Below, in pieces: positions 60,284 to 64,000 of a stretch of 64,000 nucleotides of DNA. Made by a program: the position numbers and the translations under genes. Each line of letters opens with the position of its first letter. The stretch's first letter is position 1. This DNA comes from Antedon mediterranea (taxonomy: Eukaryota > Animalia > Echinodermata), in assembly GCF_964355755.1 (NCBI RefSeq), contig NC_092676.1:28414871-28478870 (forward strand). Reading direction: 5' to 3'. The notes under the pieces were generated by a model. That model was not told the origin of the DNA, ran no database searches, and worked only from the letters and a program-made list of their open reading frames with translations.

Positions 60284-62489
60284 CAATATAGACGTGATGA
60301 TGTCATATCACTACCATATTTGGGCATATCACTACCATATTTTGGTAGCTAAGCTGTGAGTACATCTGTATAGCATATTTGTAGATTCCGCTATCATGTC
60401 AATGAGGTAGTACTTAGTAGTATAGAAACTCATTGAGTTTGGTTTCAGTTATAGGCCTATAGTATTTGTTTAGTAATCTATAGAATATTCACAATGATGT
60501 TTACAGACTGAGCCATTACCCAATAGGGGTGTTCAATAGATTTTCTTCTTTTCATCCGGAGAGAACTACTTTATGTTGGTTTATCCATGTGAGCAGTGCT
60601 CAATAGACTACCAACACCACTCTTGGTATGTGTAGCTTTATCAGTTGCAAATTGGATGTAACCATTTAAAAACGCTGTAAATTCTTTTATGATGCGTCAA
60701 AATCAGTGAGCTACATTAATTGGTTTAGCAATTATTAGTAACAAAAAAATGATGTTTTACAACAATAAGTAGTTAACAACAAAAACGTTAACTAAAAAAA
60801 AATTGACATACCAAGTTTGTAGTACACTACACGATTTAGTACCTTTCATGTTGGGTTGATGTTTTTTTGGAGGTTTGCAGGATTTAACAATGCCCATTTT
60901 ATAATGATATTGTCAATTTTACAAGACACATGTCATTAAAAAAGCTTCTCATAAAATTCTTTATGAATAATCATTAAAGAAGTTAGAGAGTTGAATGGCC
61001 GACAGATCAATTATTTCTTTACCATTATTACTGTATATGCAACAGTAGCATGATATAATACAAAACAATAGCTTATTGTTATCTACATTAATCCAGTTAT
61101 TGTTATTTCATAGGGTCTCTATCATTACACCTAATTGGTGATAATCAACAATTTATCATTTATACTTAACAAGCTAATAAAATACCCAAATGACTGACTG
61201 CTAAGTCTGGACCTCAATCAAAGATTTTATACCGGAAGAATCAGGAAATGTTCCAAAATGCAGATTGTCTCTGATGGCGATTTTTGTTCTATTTTTATCA
61301 AAACTATACTTCCTATAAGATTAAGATGGTCTTGCAGAAAGAAATGGAACAAAAATGGAAAAATCTACGGTAATGGATAACCTGTAGTAATTGATAATTT
61401 TTTTCTAAATGTATTATTTAATGTAGTTTGTCTGCTTTAAATTGATACAGTATAACATTCTATTTTTTATAGATTGAATTTTTCAATTTTAAGGCAACAT
61501 GGTTTTTCAGTTTAGTGTATATATTTCCTGTATGTAATAATAATATTTCAGTATCAATCATTGAAGAAAACAAAAATGTTTGTCTTGTTTTTATAACCAA
61601 ACTTACTCAGTGTGAATAAAGTCTTCTCTTTCCCAATAAAAAAGTATGAAAAGAAATAAATTTATGAAAATAAAAAAATACTTTGCACAAGATTTGAATG
61701 TACCATATGACCTTTGATTGCAACTAAGCATTGACCTTACCACCACCTCTCAGTTGAGCCTAGGTCACATGCTTTGTAGTCTTTATTATAGGCCCATTGT
61801 TATTTACCACAAAATAACTTTATTATAAATCTGGTATTAAAATATTTTTTGGTTTTCAATTTCTTCATACATCATTTTTATTTCCGTTTACAACAAGGCC
61901 TACCTGTACGTTCAACTGAAATGTAAACTAAAAAATTTTGCTAAAACATAATTAATTGAACAAAATGATGGAACATTGATGGAGCTAATGTTGTGTTATC
62001 CTCAATGTCGAAAAAAGATTTTGGATTCATCGTCTAGACTCTCATGAGTCACCAGTCTTTGTTGTATCAATGAATTGTCTTCGGTGGCGCTACCTAGTCT
62101 TCTATTCCTAATATTTCCCTTAAATATTTAGTCATGTCATGTCACGTACGTTGTTGCGTCGTTTCACAGTTATCATTTAAACTTTTTTGGTTTTGCGATC
62201 CATATCGATTTAGTTGACTCATACATCGGGGCGATGTTCTAGGAAATGCAGTGAGAAATTGATCAGGTGTGTGTGGGTTTACGCGAGAAAAAACATTTGA
62301 AATATCTGCAATAATGTTTTTGTTTAATTTGAAATAATTAAGGAATGTTCTTTCCACTTTTGATAAAAATATAATGTATCACTACTAATGTTAATAATAT
62401 CTGTTACGATCTTCAAATCTCTAAATGGGAGAAAATCATCCTATTTTTGTGTGATTTTCCATTTTGTATTGTTTGTTGAATTGTATATA

Positions 62490-63347
62490 CCGTATATTTC
62501 GGTGTATAAGTCGCACCTGTGTATAAGACGCACCCCTAACTGAGAGTAAAATATCGGTATTTTTTATATCGTCGATGTATAAGACGCACCTTATATTTCA
62601 TCAAAACAATGTTTTTTTAAATTGTAATCAATATTATTGTAATAATATATTTTGTTATATCTACAACGGCGTCCTTTATTTAGGTTTTTTGTTACCTAGG
62701 CTCGGCCGTGCCCAGCCTCAACAAGTTCTTTCTAACTTGTTATTCATGAGTTTTGCACCCGCAACAACATCGAGTGCATGACCGTGTGTGTAACACGATG
62801 TACGTGTGTGGGCTAGCCTCGCTCGATCATTTCGAGAGGGCGCACGTTTTCACGGACAATCGTATTCGATTAGTATCTATGTATCCGAGAAGTGTGTACG
62901 CTAGGTCCATGCTATAATCACCTGGAGAATATACTAGTCGAATACCGTACACCATGTGGCCGCCCAAGAAGGGCTTGCGCTAGGGGTACGGCGGTCGGCG
63001 ATCGTGCGTATAACTATAAATAAATACTATTCCAATCGATTGTATGTAAACGTTTACAAATGAAATTTATCGGAGCGCCTAAAACCGCTCCATAATGAAC
63101 AAATCTTTTCATCATATTTAGTATAACATCATGCTAAAATGCCTTGAAAACTAGGCAGAAGCAGGTTGCCGTTAGTTAGTATACTGTAGCTAGGCCTAGC
63201 CTACTCAGGCCTAGCAAACGAGGTGACAATAGGCCAATATGTACAATCTGTGTGGTGAGGCATTTATGTTCGGTGTATAAGACGCACCCTTAATTTAGAG
63301 GTCAAATTTGCGTGTCAAAAGTGCGACTTATACACCGAAATATACGG
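62490..63347. mobile_element. Non-autonomous Tc2/pogo-like DNA transposon, 858 bp
   Basis: Perfect 27-bp TIR CCGTATATTTCGGTGTATAAGTCGCAC; TA TSD; subterminal tgtataagacgcacc repeats. Confidence 0.88.
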
Positions 63348-63881
63348 TACAGGTATATGGAATTTTTATTCTGAAATAAAGTGGTCAGTCAATGTAATAC
63401 ATGTTTTCTATCTGATAAATTAAACTGATTTTGGTTGTTGAATATTATAATAATCTAACTATACATTACGTTGGTGTTTTTTCATCTTCATGGTTTAAAC
63501 TACTGTAAGCCAAGTACAATTATAGGTTTATGTCTAGACATCATTTTATTCCATAGATAATTTGATTTGATTCCATAGATAAAACGGTAAAAGACACAAA
63601 AAAATGTAGAAGGGAAGGTTTGTTGGGTTGTTATAATCCACAGGAGGTGGCTGGTTGCTTAGACTGACTTGTAAGCAGTCGCCACCTCCTCAGCCATTGT
63701 CTCATATGGAAGCGCTTGTTACTTGGCCTTGGTGGTATGTTGGTACAGGTAGAACTTGCCAATAGGCCAAGGATATTGAATAAAGACTAGGTACTGTACA
63801 CATGGTAAAGGCAAGCATGAGTATTTGATATTGCAAAATTGGAGACAAATATTATACTGCAATTGGTATAGAGTACCTTGC

Positions 63882-64000
63882 ATATTGTGGATATGCTGTA
63901 TTGTGGATATGCTGTATTGTGGATATGCTGTATTGTGGATATGCTGTAGTGTGGATATGCTGTAGTGGGGATATGCTGTAGTGTGGATATGCTGTATTGT
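63882..64000. repeat. 16-bp tandem repeat running off the window end
   Basis: tattgtggatatgctg unit. Confidence 0.93.

Noticed and set aside
63735-63760. Similarity to miR-182/183 (TGG...GGTAGAACT)
   Set aside because: The seed does not match and the segment straddles the loop rather than lying on one hairpin arm.

Overview
AT-rich, intron-containing animal genomic DNA, not prokaryotic. A Deu/Nin-domain SINE and the repeat content point to an invertebrate deuterostome, plausibly an echinoderm (inference). Eight intact spliced genes were reconstructed by hand, all with GT-AG introns and consistent phases: a CD9/CD81-like tetraspanin (+), an ARHGEF39-like DH-PH RhoGEF (+), PXMP4 (+), PLEKHF2/phafin2 (-), RNASEK (+), two divergently oriented cytosolic sulfotransferase paralogues (-, +), and MAP1LC3/ATG8 (+) lying between them. 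A candidate coiled-coil gene sits inside a tetraspanin intron, and probable non-coding first exons of another gene start near 51.9 kb. Introns are crowded with non-autonomous elements: one MITE family with about 20 copies, Sola2-like, Merlin/MULE-like and Tc2/pogo-like elements, Helentron-type HINEs, a Rex1-type LINE relic, a Deu-SINE, a Penelope-type hammerhead ribozyme and several minisatellites. The most notable points are: a RhoGEF ending in polybasic+CaaX with a TP-rich heptad N-terminus and a CDE/CHR-like promoter; the nested gene; one SULT copy with an altered PAPS-binding loop plus mosaic identity between the copies; an LC3 that ends directly in Gly120; and a CLEAR-motif bidirectional promoter shared by PLEKHF2 and RNASEK. 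I cannot demonstrate a wholly new multi-gene system here. Gene names come from motif recognition, not database searches.
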